A stretch of DNA of 63,098 nt, the filler included, from an uncultured Methanosarcinales archaeon (GTDB taxonomy: Archaea > Nanobdellota > Nanobdellia > Woesearchaeales > CAYNLP01): NCBI GenBank assembly GCA_964398115.1. It is 3 parts of 3 records of this genome, joined end to end, with 100 filler letters (N's around TTAATTAATTAA, not from the genome) between each part and the next. Parts side by side here need not be neighbours in the genome. Positions count along the whole stretch, not along the records: positions 30,045 to 58,324 come from CAYNLP010000011.1; positions 58,425 to 63,098 come from CAYNLP010000037.1; 1 more part is not named here. The stretch is one strand, 5' to 3'. The position numbers were made by a program, and so were the translations under genes. Under the pieces are notes generated by a model. It saw nothing but the letters and a program-made list of their open reading frames with translations, was not told where the DNA came from and did not search any database. Position 1 is the stretch's first letter; each line of letters opens with the position of its first letter. Shown here piece after piece: positions 49,796 through 58,501 of this stretch.

Positions 49796-49954
49796 AGTGG
49801 AGAAAGTAATGAAGTAATTTAAGCTTTGCTGATAGCAATCTTTATAAACAATCCGCTTATTGTTTTCACTGTTTGGGCNNNNNNNNNNAACGTTTTTTAA
49901 AAATATGCAGTTCCGCAACCTTTATAAGAAACTCGTCGTTTCTCCACGACTGGA

Positions 49955-50027
49955 GGGCCCGTGGTCTAGTGGCTATGACGTCTCCCCGACACGGAGAAGG
50001 TCACCGGTTCGACTCCGGTCGGGCCCA
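49955..50027 (+). tRNA. tRNA-Val(GAC); CCA not encoded; C at position 33
   Basis: Acceptor GGGCCCG/CGGGCCC; anticodon arm TCTCC-CCGACAC-GGAGA; T arm ACCGG-TTCGACT-CCGGT; TATA (TTTATAA) at 49921. Confidence 0.95.
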
Positions 50028-50032
50028 CTTTA

Positions 50033-50449
50033 TTAAACATCAACAACTGCTTCTACCACCCACTCATCGTTTTCAACAATCTTCATTTCATCATAAGTAG
50101 GTGCTTTAACATCACCTGCGGTTTCGTAATTTAATATGTCATCACCCATGCAAGTTGCTGTGAGGACATAAGAGTCTTTATTTTCTGAAATCTTTAAATC
50201 CTTAAATTCAGATATGAAAATGTTATCCACATCCCTAATGAACAAAATCTCATCCAAGAAATCATATAGTAAACTCTCTAACTTATCACTCTCCACCTTG
50301 ATTTCTATGCTTTTGACCTTCTTAACTTCATCCACGTCTACCATGATGTTCGTCATTGCCAAACCAGCATTTGCAAAAGCTTCCTCTAATGACTTACCAT
50401 AAGCTTTGAATTGCTCTTCAGACGTGTGATCCATATATTCAAAACGCAT
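50033..50449 (-). CDS. Archease
   Basis: DHTSE, EEAFANA, VKAPTY and VVDV motifs. Confidence 0.93.
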   Translation of the reverse strand: MRFEYMDHTSEEQFKAYGKSLEEAFANAGLAMTNIMVDVDEVKKVKSIEIKVESDKLESLLYDFLDEILFIRDVDNIFISEFKDLKISENKDSYVLTATCMGDDILNYETAGDVKAPTYDEMKIVENDEWVVEAVVDV

Positions 50450-50475
50450 TTTAAGAAGAAATACACAGTTAGGTT

Positions 50476-50583
50476 TTAAAAAAGGTCTGTGCAATCCATC
50501 TTATAACCACAATTAGGACATTTAACCTTGCAATGACTCTTATACATGTCCATACCACATATTATACAATTAAAATCTGGCAT
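50476..50583 (-). CDS. 35-aa zinc-finger microprotein (not in ORF track)
   Basis: MPDFNCIICGMDMYKSHCKVKCPNCGYKMDCTDLF. Confidence 0.85.
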   Translation of the reverse strand: MPDFNCIICGMDMYKSHCKVKCPNCGYKMDCTDLF

Positions 50584-50623
50584 AACAAAGAAGTTCTCAA
50601 AACAGTTATTAAAACTTATCGAT

Positions 50624-51853
50624 TCAACCTTTCAATTCCAAAACATTCATAACCCTTTCAATTGCTAGAATGAAAGCTGCAGTTCCTAAATGAACATCGT
50701 TGCCCTCCGCCGTTGCATGCACATCTTTAAATGCGTCAACCATTTTATCCTTCAAACGATTTTTAACCTTTTCTTCACTCCACTGATAACCTTGTCTGTT
50801 CTGAACCCATTCAAAGTAACTAACCGTTACCCCTCCTGCGTTAGCCAAGATATCCGGAATGCACATTACATCCATTTCATATAAACTTTTTCTAGCCTCT
50901 CTAGTAACTGGCCCGTTCGCTAATTCTAAAACGATTTCTGCGTTGACATCTTCTACATTTTCAGAAGTAATTTGATTAGCGAGAGCTGCAGGTACTAGAA
51001 CGTCACAATCCAGTGTTAACAATTCATTATTGCTTATTTCTTCTCCATCTTCATAGTCTTTTACTCTACCCGTTTCAGCTTTGACCTCATCTACTCTTTG
51101 AATGTCCAAACCGTGTTGGTTATAAATTCCGCCTTTACTGTCCGAAACAGCTACGACATCATAACCTGCTTCATCAGCTAACCTAGCCATCACACTACCA
51201 GCGTTTCCATAACCTTGGATTGCAACGGTAGGGGTTTCTAAACCTCTTTTCTTCATAGCTTCTTCTAGCACGTAAAAACCGCCTTGTGCCGTGGCTGTAC
51301 TTCGTCCTTTACTCCCACCTAATTGTAATGGTTTACCAGTTACCACTCCTTCATTTCCAGGGCCGTTATGTCTTTCGTATTCATCGACAATCCAAGCCAT
51401 TACTTGTTCATTAGTGTAAACATCAGGTGCTGGAATGTCTTTGTCAGGTCCGATAATATCTTGGACTTTTTCGACATATCCTCTTGTTAGATTTTCTTTT
51501 TCTTGTACTGAAAGCTTGTTTGGATCAACTTTGATTCCTCCTTTCGCGCCGCCGTAGGGAATGTCAACTACTGCACACTTCCACGTCATCAAAAAACTCA
51601 AAGCTTTGACTTCATCCATGTCTACAGAGGGATGATATCTTATACCACCTTTGGTAGGTCCTCTTACACTATTAAATTGTATACGGAAACCGTCAAATGT
51701 TTCAACTGATCCATCATCCATACGTACTGGTATAGAAACATGCATTGCCCTTTCAGGCTTCAGGAAAACATCGATAATGTCATTATCCAGCTCAACTTCA
51801 TGAGCTGCTTCCAAGAACATCTGTTTTGCATTCTCCCAAGCTTCATCTGCCAT
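50624..51853 (-). CDS. gdhA: Glutamate dehydrogenase
   Basis: GPTKGGIRYHP, GGAKGG, DIPAPD, QGYGNAG and NAGGVTVSYFEW motifs. Confidence 0.96.
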   Translation of the reverse strand: MADEAWENAKQMFLEAAHEVELDNDIIDVFLKPERAMHVSIPVRMDDGSVETFDGFRIQFNSVRGPTKGGIRYHPSVDMDEVKALSFLMTWKCAVVDIPYGGAKGGIKVDPNKLSVQEKENLTRGYVEKVQDIIGPDKDIPAPDVYTNEQVMAWIVDEYERHNGPGNEGVVTGKPLQLGGSKGRSTATAQGGFYVLEEAMKKRGLETPTVAIQGYGNAGSVMARLADEAGYDVVAVSDSKGGIYNQHGLDIQRVDEVKAETGRVKDYEDGEEISNNELLTLDCDVLVPAALANQITSENVEDVNAEIVLELANGPVTREARKSLYEMDVMCIPDILANAGGVTVSYFEWVQNRQGYQWSEEKVKNRLKDKMVDAFKDVHATAEGNDVHLGTAAFILAIERVMNVLELKG

Positions 51854-51886
51854 AGGAGAAAATAAAATTTTACAAATTTTATAAAG

Positions 51887-52279
51887 TTATTCATCATACG
51901 GAATTACTTCCGCATCCTCATCATTATCTCCTCTTATTTTATTCCCGAAAATATCCCTCTCATCCTCGTCTTCTTCCTCTAAAACATTAACATTCTCCTC
52001 ATCAAACAGTTCAGTTTCATCTTCGTCTTCTTCAAATAAACCTCCAGAAACACCATCATCTTCTGAATTACTGGAATCATCAAACATGTTCATAGGATTA
52101 CCACTCGACTCTTCCTTTTCTTCTTCAGAACTTTCGGAATCATCGAATATTCCAAACATGCCACCACTTTCATCAACCTCTTCAACATCCAAGTCTTCAT
52201 CAACCAACTTTTGTAAGAACCTGATTGTCTTTTGAATATCTTCTTTACTATCCTTTGTAGTATCTATTTTAATCTCCAT
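51887..52279 (-). CDS. Highly acidic, largely disordered protein
   Basis: Short structured N-terminus followed by a D/E-rich tail with (M/L/I)F motifs. Confidence 0.7.
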   Translation of the reverse strand: MEIKIDTTKDSKEDIQKTIRFLQKLVDEDLDVEEVDESGGMFGIFDDSESSEEEKEESSGNPMNMFDDSSNSEDDGVSGGLFEEDEDETELFDEENVNVLEEEDEDERDIFGNKIRGDNDEDAEVIPYDE

Positions 52280-52381
52280 AAAGGTGTTTATCTTGGTTTT
52301 TGCTATTAATAGTTTTCCCTCAAATTTCACCGTAAAGATTTAAAACGCAGAACTACTTCGACACAGGTAGGTGAAAGGGAC

Positions 52382-53812
52382 ATGGCTAAAGAAAAGATGA
52401 AAAAAGTAAACGACTACAAATATGAAGTTGAAAAACAAGGAGATATGAATGTCCCTGCCACTTTCTACATAAATGACAAACTAAGAGATTTAATAGAAGA
52501 GAAAACTATACAACAAACGATAAACATGGCCACTTTACCAGGGATTCTAAAACACTCCATAGCTATGCCTGACGCTCATATGGGATACGGCTTTCCAGTA
52601 GGTGGAGTAGCAGCATTTGACGCAGAAGAAGGAGTGATAAGCCCAGGAGGGATTGGTTTCGACATTAACTGCGGGATAAGAGTACTAGCATCCAACTTTA
52701 CTAGGGATGAAGTCTTACCAAAAATACAAGAATTACTACAAGAATTATTTGACAGAATTCCATGCGGAGTTGGAAGAAGTAGCGAATTAAAACTCACAAA
52801 TGAAGAACTTGAAGAACTTTTAGAGAAAGGACCTGAATGGCTAGTTGAAGAAGGATACGGAAGAGAGGAAGACTTAAAACACTGCGAGGCAAACGGCAGA
52901 TTAAAACATGCAGACGCGAATAAAGTTTCCAGAAGGGCTAAGAGTAGAGGAAGAAAACAAGTAGGTACTTTAGGAGGAGGAAATCACTTCTTAGAAGTAC
53001 AATACGTCGATAAAATATTAGATGAAGAAGCAGCACACGCTATGGGGATAAATCAAGAAGGACAAGTACTGATAATGATTCACAGTGGGAGTAGAGGATT
53101 AGGACATCAAGTATGTACAGACTATCTTAGAAAAATAGAAGACAGCTTTCCGAACATAATGGGGAACTTGCCAGATAAAGATTTAGCCTACGCTCCTATA
53201 AACAGTCAAATGGCAAAAGATTACTTTGGTGCCATGTGTGCAGCAGCTCACTTCGCATGGAGCAACAGACATCTAATGGGACACCATGCTAGGAAAGCTT
53301 TTCAGAAAGTACTAGGAGACGACGGTTTATACACAGTTTACGATGTCGCTCACAACATAGCCAAATTAGAAGAGTATGAAATCGATGGTGAAAAGAAGAA
53401 AGCCTATGTTCATAGAAAGGGAGCAACACGAGCTTTTCCACCAGGTCATCCAGAAATTCCTGAAGACTACAAAGATGTAGGTCAACCCGTCTTGATACCT
53501 GGAAGTATGGGTACAAGCTCTTACATACTTACTGGGACAAGAAAAGGTATGAACGAAAGTTTTGGAAGTACCTGTCATGGAGCAGGTCGAGTCATGAGCC
53601 GTAGAGAAGCAACCAGACGATTTGATAAAAAACAAATAGAAGATGAATTAGAACAAGACAGCATTTATGTGAAAAGCGCTTCAAAGAAAGGAGTTACAGA
53701 AGAAGCCCCTGGTGCTTACAAAGACGTTGACGAAGTTATAAAAGTTGTAGAAAAAGCCGGTATTGCAAAACCAGCCGTTCAACTAAGACCATTAGGAGTT
53801 ATCAAAGGTTAA
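52382..53812 (+). CDS. rtcB: tRNA-splicing / RNA repair ligase RtcB
   Basis: MPDAH.GYG, DINCG, GNHFLE, HSGSRG, HRKGAT and HGAGR motifs; no intein. Confidence 0.97.
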   Translation: MAKEKMKKVNDYKYEVEKQGDMNVPATFYINDKLRDLIEEKTIQQTINMATLPGILKHSIAMPDAHMGYGFPVGGVAAFDAEEGVISPGGIGFDINCGIRVLASNFTRDEVLPKIQELLQELFDRIPCGVGRSSELKLTNEELEELLEKGPEWLVEEGYGREEDLKHCEANGRLKHADANKVSRRAKSRGRKQVGTLGGGNHFLEVQYVDKILDEEAAHAMGINQEGQVLIMIHSGSRGLGHQVCTDYLRKIEDSFPNIMGNLPDKDLAYAPINSQMAKDYFGAMCAAAHFAWSNRHLMGHHARKAFQKVLGDDGLYTVYDVAHNIAKLEEYEIDGEKKKAYVHRKGATRAFPPGHPEIPEDYKDVGQPVLIPGSMGTSSYILTGTRKGMNESFGSTCHGAGRVMSRREATRRFDKKQIEDELEQDSIYVKSASKKGVTEEAPGAYKDVDEVIKVVEKAGIAKPAVQLRPLGVIKG

Positions 53813-54378
53813 TCTCTTAAAACTTCAGCTTCTTCTTTAGTCAAGTCAATTATCTTCGAAGGAGTCCCTTCTATAGGTCCTTCATAAATGCTATAATCAC
53901 AAGCTTTCTCTAACTGGTCATCCAAATCATCAATCTCCTTCATAAAATTACTACCCGTGACATTTGCAGAAGTGGTGATAACAGGAACTTTCATATCTTC
54001 AACTACAGAAGTAAACCAATGATCCGGTCTCCTAACTCCTATAGTGTCAAGTCCAAGATTTGTATTTCGACAGACCGCGTCTTTATTTTCCAAATTCAAG
54101 ATGAAAGTGTAAGGTCCAGGAAGTTTATCAATCCACTCTTCACTTTTTTCGTTAATCTCACAATTTTCTCTAATCCAATCCATGCTGGGAGCGATAACAG
54201 ATAAAGGTCTGGAGAATTGTTCCTTTGCTTTTCTCAAGTCTTTAACTAAGTTTCTGTCAGTAGCGTTACAACCTATACCGTAGACTGTATCTGTTGGGTG
54301 GATGAAAAGGCAATCTCTAAGTTCTCTGACTATCTTTATTCTTTCTTTTTTAAATTCTTGTTTTGTGATTACCCTCAT
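53809..54378 (-). CDS. tsaC: Threonylcarbamoyl-AMP synthase (TsaC/Sua5, short form)
   Basis: PTDTVYG, PGPYT and TTSAN motifs. Confidence 0.9.
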   Translation of the reverse strand: MRVITKQEFKKERIKIVRELRDCLFIHPTDTVYGIGCNATDRNLVKDLRKAKEQFSRPLSVIAPSMDWIRENCEINEKSEEWIDKLPGPYTFILNLENKDAVCRNTNLGLDTIGVRRPDHWFTSVVEDMKVPVITTSANVTGSNFMKEIDDLDDQLEKACDYSIYEGPIEGTPSKIIDLTKEEAEVLRD

Positions 54379-54411
54379 AAGAAGAGGAGGATGTAGAAGG
54401 AGTATAAAAAG

Positions 54412-54546
54412 TTAATCCCCGCGGATGGTGCCGCGGAGAAATTGGATGTAGTCCTCCTCTTCTGTTGGGTTAATTAAGTTGTGGCGCAAAAGGGTGTTTA
54501 CTATGTTTTTTGGGTAGACTTTGCGGTTTAGTTCAGAGCAGAGCAT
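54412..54546 (-). CDS. 44-aa small ORF (not in ORF track)
   Basis: AGGTGA upstream of ATG; MLCSELNRKVYPKNIVNTLLRHNLINPTEEEDYIQFLRGTIRGD. Confidence 0.6.
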   Translation of the reverse strand: MLCSELNRKVYPKNIVNTLLRHNLINPTEEEDYIQFLRGTIRGD

Positions 54547-54653
54547 AATTTCACCTTCGCAGTTGCTTTTGTAGTTGCTCCTGATGTTGTCTTGACTTGT
54601 TCAAACAGTAATTCCTCGATTTCTTCTTGATTGTGCCCATTGGTTGGCATCAT
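54528..54653 (-). CDS. 41-aa small ORF (not in ORF track)
   Basis: AGGTGAT upstream of ATG; MMPTNGHNQEEIEELLFEQVKTTSGATTKATAKVKLCSALN. Confidence 0.55.
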   Translation of the reverse strand: MMPTNGHNQEEIEELLFEQVKTTSGATTKATAKVKLCSALN

Positions 54654-54771
54654 TGTAATCACCTTTTGTCTCTTTTTTTTTCACGGAGGTGCTAGCGCGA
54701 TTATTCTATCCTTGATTTGAGTAGAAATCATTTATAAGGCTCACACGCCTAAATGTCCAGTGTGTCCAGTG

Positions 54772-55368
54772 CTATTTCTGGTCATAAAGAACTTTAACTT
54801 GCTTTTCTAAATCGGAAACAGTGCTGGAATTATCTAAAACGTGATCAAAATCGACTTTTTCCTTCAAAGGATTCCAATACTTTCTATTTTCAACTTCATC
54901 TTCTTCGACTATTCTCGAATGAGAAATTTCATCTCTTTCTTTCCATCTTCTATATCGAATACTATCTGAGCATTTAATCCAATATTTATCGTGGGGTATT
55001 CCAGCACGTTCAGGGAATTGAAGCATTTCTTCCTGTCGGAAAGATGGTATGACTAGTGATTCATCATAATGGACAATGGCTAGATCAGAGAAATGGTTGT
55101 AATTTGACTTTTTCTTTAATAATCTATTTAGTACATCCCCTAAAAGTATTAAATCCGCTCTTTGGTTGGTATTGTAAAAACGTAAGTTATTAGGTAATTT
55201 TACATCTATCTCTTCAGAAATTTCACTTCGGAAAGAATCACTCTTTACTAACGGTTTTAGTAAATGTTCGCTCATGGAGATTTTTCTAGCCTTGGTCAAT
55301 CGTGTTATAATATCTGCAGTAGTGTCTTTTCCACTTGCTGGCTTTCCAGCTATGAAGTGTAATTCCAT
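54772..55368 (-). CDS. P-loop kinase (nucleoside-monophosphate / dephospho-CoA kinase-like)
   Basis: GKPASGKDT Walker A; R..R lid; LDNSS near the C-terminus. Confidence 0.8.
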   Translation of the reverse strand: MELHFIAGKPASGKDTTADIITRLTKARKISMSEHLLKPLVKSDSFRSEISEEIDVKLPNNLRFYNTNQRADLILLGDVLNRLLKKKSNYNHFSDLAIVHYDESLVIPSFRQEEMLQFPERAGIPHDKYWIKCSDSIRYRRWKERDEISHSRIVEEDEVENRKYWNPLKEKVDFDHVLDNSSTVSDLEKQVKVLYDQK

Positions 55369-55460
55369 ATTTAGTTAAGAAATATAAATTGTTTTTTATA
55401 GGCTTAAGTCAGGAATTATTGACTTACACTTATTTAAAACCCTTCTTCTTACAGTTTTAC

Positions 55461-56180
55461 ATGGGAGATTTCATACTGAGTCATGAGGAAAGGAAGAAGA
55501 TATTTAAGGTTCTTACTGAGGAGAAAGAGTTGAATTTTAACAGTATAAAGGACTATACTGGTTTGCAGAGTAATAAATTGAGTTATCAGTTGGAGAAGAT
55601 GAAAGAGAAAAACTTTGTTAAAAAAACTGAAAGTGGTGATTACACTCTTACTGTACGTGCTCAACGTTTAATTCCTTATTTTTCTCAAATATTCAAGCAA
55701 GAAGTTGGTGTGTTACCAGTGGTTTTGGGTATTGTTAGGAATAATGATAAAATTTTGTTGATTAAAAGGAATAAAATGCCGTACAAAGGTTATTGGGGTT
55801 TGTTTGGTGGTAAACAAATAAATGGTGAAACTATACCACAAGCGATTGAAAGGGAAGTTTTAGAAGAGAGTAATTTACAAGTTGAATTTAAGGATGTTAA
55901 TGGTGTAGTTTGTGAAAGAGTTAAGGAAGATGATCGGTTTAAACACACCTTTTTATTGATTATAACAACAGTTGAAGCGGATAGTTTTGACGTAGAAAGC
56001 CAAGATGAGGGTGAAGTGAAATGGTTTGATTTTGAGAAAGTTTTGAATGGAGAGGTTGAGAATGTAATACCTTCTGATTTGCTATTTCTTGAAAGATATC
56101 ATGATAATAGTACGAGTGTGGATCATGTTGTGATGGATGAATCTGGAGATGAACTAGTCTTGAAAAAACAAAATTTATAA
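55461..56180 (+). CDS. Winged-helix HTH fused to a Nudix domain
   Basis: N-terminal ArsR-like wHTH; Nudix box GGKQINGET..AIEREVLEE. Confidence 0.88.
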   Translation: MGDFILSHEERKKIFKVLTEEKELNFNSIKDYTGLQSNKLSYQLEKMKEKNFVKKTESGDYTLTVRAQRLIPYFSQIFKQEVGVLPVVLGIVRNNDKILLIKRNKMPYKGYWGLFGGKQINGETIPQAIEREVLEESNLQVEFKDVNGVVCERVKEDDRFKHTFLLIITTVEADSFDVESQDEGEVKWFDFEKVLNGEVENVIPSDLLFLERYHDNSTSVDHVVMDESGDELVLKKQNL

Positions 56181-56197
56181 ATTATTCTTAAGAGAGA

Positions 56198-57034
56198 ATG
56201 GAAGGTATGAGTGGTCGTAGTAATAACAATAAATACTGGCAGGACAGGTTTGATAACCTAACTGATGAGCTTGAAGTGATAAAATCTAATTTAGGATATT
56301 TCTTTGGAGACAGGTTTGAAAAAGTAATTAGCCAAGATAGTTTGGAGGAAGTTTGGCAAGCTTTATTCACACAATTCTTAAGCGGGAATTTGAAGGAACA
56401 CGTTTGGTTTTTAGACAAGTATGAAAAGAAACTTACCGAGTTTTATAATGAAGTTAATGGAGAAGAATTTGAATCTTTGAGAAGAGGATATGAAATGGTC
56501 ACAGAAGTTTCTTTTAAGATAGCTAGAGAGTTCATAGGAGAGTACGCGAATGTTGAAGACAAGTCTAAATTACAACTTGGTGGTTCTTATAAGACGAAGA
56601 TGAGAGACAACTTCCTTGAAGGGATAGAATTATTTTTTAAAAACGTGCACAAAGCCATTGCAGAGTCTAAAACTATAGATGATAAAAGGTTAAGAAAGTA
56701 TATATTAAATCAAAATATAGGTTTGGGAAAATATTATCGATATAACAAATCAAATAGTGATTACGCTAGTTATAATCGTATTCAAAAATTAAATAGAAAG
56801 GAGTTGAAGAAAGTGTTTAATTTACTTGAGAAAAGACCTGATGTTAAGGAGAGGAGTATAAACAGTTGGATTGATTTAGGTACGAAAAAAGATCCGGTTA
56901 GGATATTGTTGCATGGAAAGAAAGGTGATAGAGAGAATGTTTACTACATATTCCGTAATAACAATACTGAAAAAGAGGATTACAAACGAGTTTTGGGAAT
57001 GGATGCTCGTCGTGTAGATTTTGAAGCAGCCTGA
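56198..57034 (+). CDS. Hypothetical protein
   Basis: 278-aa ORF; helical N-terminus, basic C-terminal part. Confidence 0.65.
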   Translation: MEGMSGRSNNNKYWQDRFDNLTDELEVIKSNLGYFFGDRFEKVISQDSLEEVWQALFTQFLSGNLKEHVWFLDKYEKKLTEFYNEVNGEEFESLRRGYEMVTEVSFKIAREFIGEYANVEDKSKLQLGGSYKTKMRDNFLEGIELFFKNVHKAIAESKTIDDKRLRKYILNQNIGLGKYYRYNKSNSDYASYNRIQKLNRKELKKVFNLLEKRPDVKERSINSWIDLGTKKDPVRILLHGKKGDRENVYYIFRNNNTEKEDYKRVLGMDARRVDFEAA

Positions 57035-57459
57035 TTTTCTTGATAAAATTCTAGTATTTCTTCAAGATAAGGTTCAAAACTTCCTATTTCGTCAGGGGGT
57101 ATCTCGTATTGAGATCCTTTTCCGTGTTCTTCGAAACCTTTCTTGATAAGAAATAAAATCGTCTCGGCTAAGTCTTGATGTTGTTCAAACGAACTTCCAG
57201 GGTTTAAATCGTTTAAAGTCTCTATCGCTCCTCGTGTATCTCCCACCATTGTTATATAAGAACTTTGTTCTCTTCCAAAATAGCCTAGTGATAGTTTCTC
57301 TTTCGGATTTCTCCTTCCAATTTGTAAATGCTGTTTTGCGATTTCAAAAGAGGGAGTTGGATTTACTATAAAGTAGGGCGATTTTTCTTCGTAAGACAAG
57401 TTTGGGGTGTCTTCAAATCTTCCTCTTAAGTTCTCATGTATGTCTCTTAGATCTTTCAT
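56980..57459 (-). CDS. Hypothetical protein
   Basis: 159-aa ORF with TATA-like sequence upstream. Confidence 0.6.
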   Translation of the reverse strand: MKDLRDIHENLRGRFEDTPNLSYEEKSPYFIVNPTPSFEIAKQHLQIGRRNPKEKLSLGYFGREQSSYITMVGDTRGAIETLNDLNPGSSFEQHQDLAETILFLIKKGFEEHGKGSQYEIPPDEIGSFEPYLEEILEFYQENQAASKSTRRASIPKTRL

Positions 57460-57500
57460 GGATTGTTTTCAGAAAATTGTTTTCTTTAAAAAAGTACGTT

Positions 57501-58324
57501 TTATTCGTAATCGGTTAGTTTTTTGGAAACAATAGTGGTGTTTCCGCCTTCTCCAGTTTGTTTTTCAGTCTGGATGAATTTTCCTTCGTCTAACTTGTTG
57601 ATTTTTCTTTGAAATGTTTTGTAAGTGCTTTCTCCACCTTGGTCTTTGTACTTTTGGTATAAGTCTCCAATTTTTTCTCCACTGTTACCTTTGACAATGT
57701 CTAGTATGAATTGCATCTCGTCTCCTAACTCGTCTTTGTCTTTCACTGTGAATTGGTCTAATTTCTTTATCGCTTTCGAAACATCTTCCTTTGTTATTTT
57801 TTTCGAGCTTCTACTTTCTGCGTTTATAGCTGCTTCTTTTAGTAAGAAAATTCCTGATCTGATGTCTTGTATTTGATATGTCTTTTTTATGACTTTATTT
57901 AAAGCGTCTTCTTCCCAGACGTCGTCGTAGAAAGCATATTCTAATCTGCTTTTGATAACGTCTTTTGTTTCGCTTCTGTTGTATGGTTCGAATTCTATAA
58001 CTTCTGGGGTGAGTCTGGATTTAATCCTGCTGTCCATTTGGGCTAGGAAGTCTTCTTCGTTAGTGATTACTATTATGGATTTTTTGTATATCTCTTCTAA
58101 GAGGAAGTATAGAAAGTCGTAGTCTTCTGCTTTGTCTATTTCATCAAATACGAACACTGCAGCGGTTTTATTTATTATATTAGATACTACGTTTTGCAAG
58201 TCGCTAGTTTTCTTATTGTGAGTGAGCCGGTAACCTATTTGTTCGCAGATTTCCATTAATATCTTGTAGGTGGTGTTTTTCTGCCAACAGTTTATGTAGA
58301 TAGAGTGGATTTCTTGAGTTTCTT
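57501..58324 (-). CDS. cdc6: Cdc6/Orc1 family AAA+ replication initiator (5'-truncated at contig end)
   Basis: YINCW upstream in frame; VFDEIDK, RIKSRL, FEPY and DIR motifs; short C-terminal wHTH. Confidence 0.9.
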
Positions 58325-58424
58325 NNNNNNNNNNNNNNNNNNNNNNNNNNNNNNNNNNNNNNNNNNNNTTAATTAATTAANNNNNNNNNNNNNNNNNNNN
58401 NNNNNNNNNNNNNNNNNNNNNNNN
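58325..58424. other. Artificial contig linker
   Basis: N-run / TTAATTAATTAA / N-run. Confidence 0.97.
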
Positions 58425-58426
58425 AC

Positions 58427-58498
58427 GATTATCTAGCCGAAGCCATAAAGGAAAAGGTAGAGAAAGACGACGACGTTCTAGACGAAATACCTGATTAG
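58427..58498 (+). CDS. C-terminal fragment of an unidentified gene
   Basis: DYLAEAIKEKVEKDDDVLDEIPD followed by a stop. Confidence 0.5.
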   Translation, partial: DYLAEAIKEKVEKDDDVLDEIPD

Positions 58499-58501
58499 AT
58501 C

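Noticed and set aside
49804..49813. AAGTAATGAA also present at 22912-22921, both shortly before 10-N gaps
   Set aside because: Short AT-rich match with no extension; here it lies in the normal upstream region of the methyltransferase gene.
4036..53812. RtcA, RtcB and archease as a novel RNA-repair island
   Set aside because: Standard archaeal genes; rtcA is on a different contig, and rtcB and archease are separated by unrelated genes.
54419..54436. CCGCGG-N6-CCGCGG hairpin as an ncRNA or terminator
   Set aside because: Lies within the 44-aa ORF (RGTIRG codons) and is too short to support a call.
57460..58324. Replication origin (ORB repeats) next to cdc6
   Set aside because: The upstream region is lost at the contig end, and no ORB-like repeats are seen downstream.
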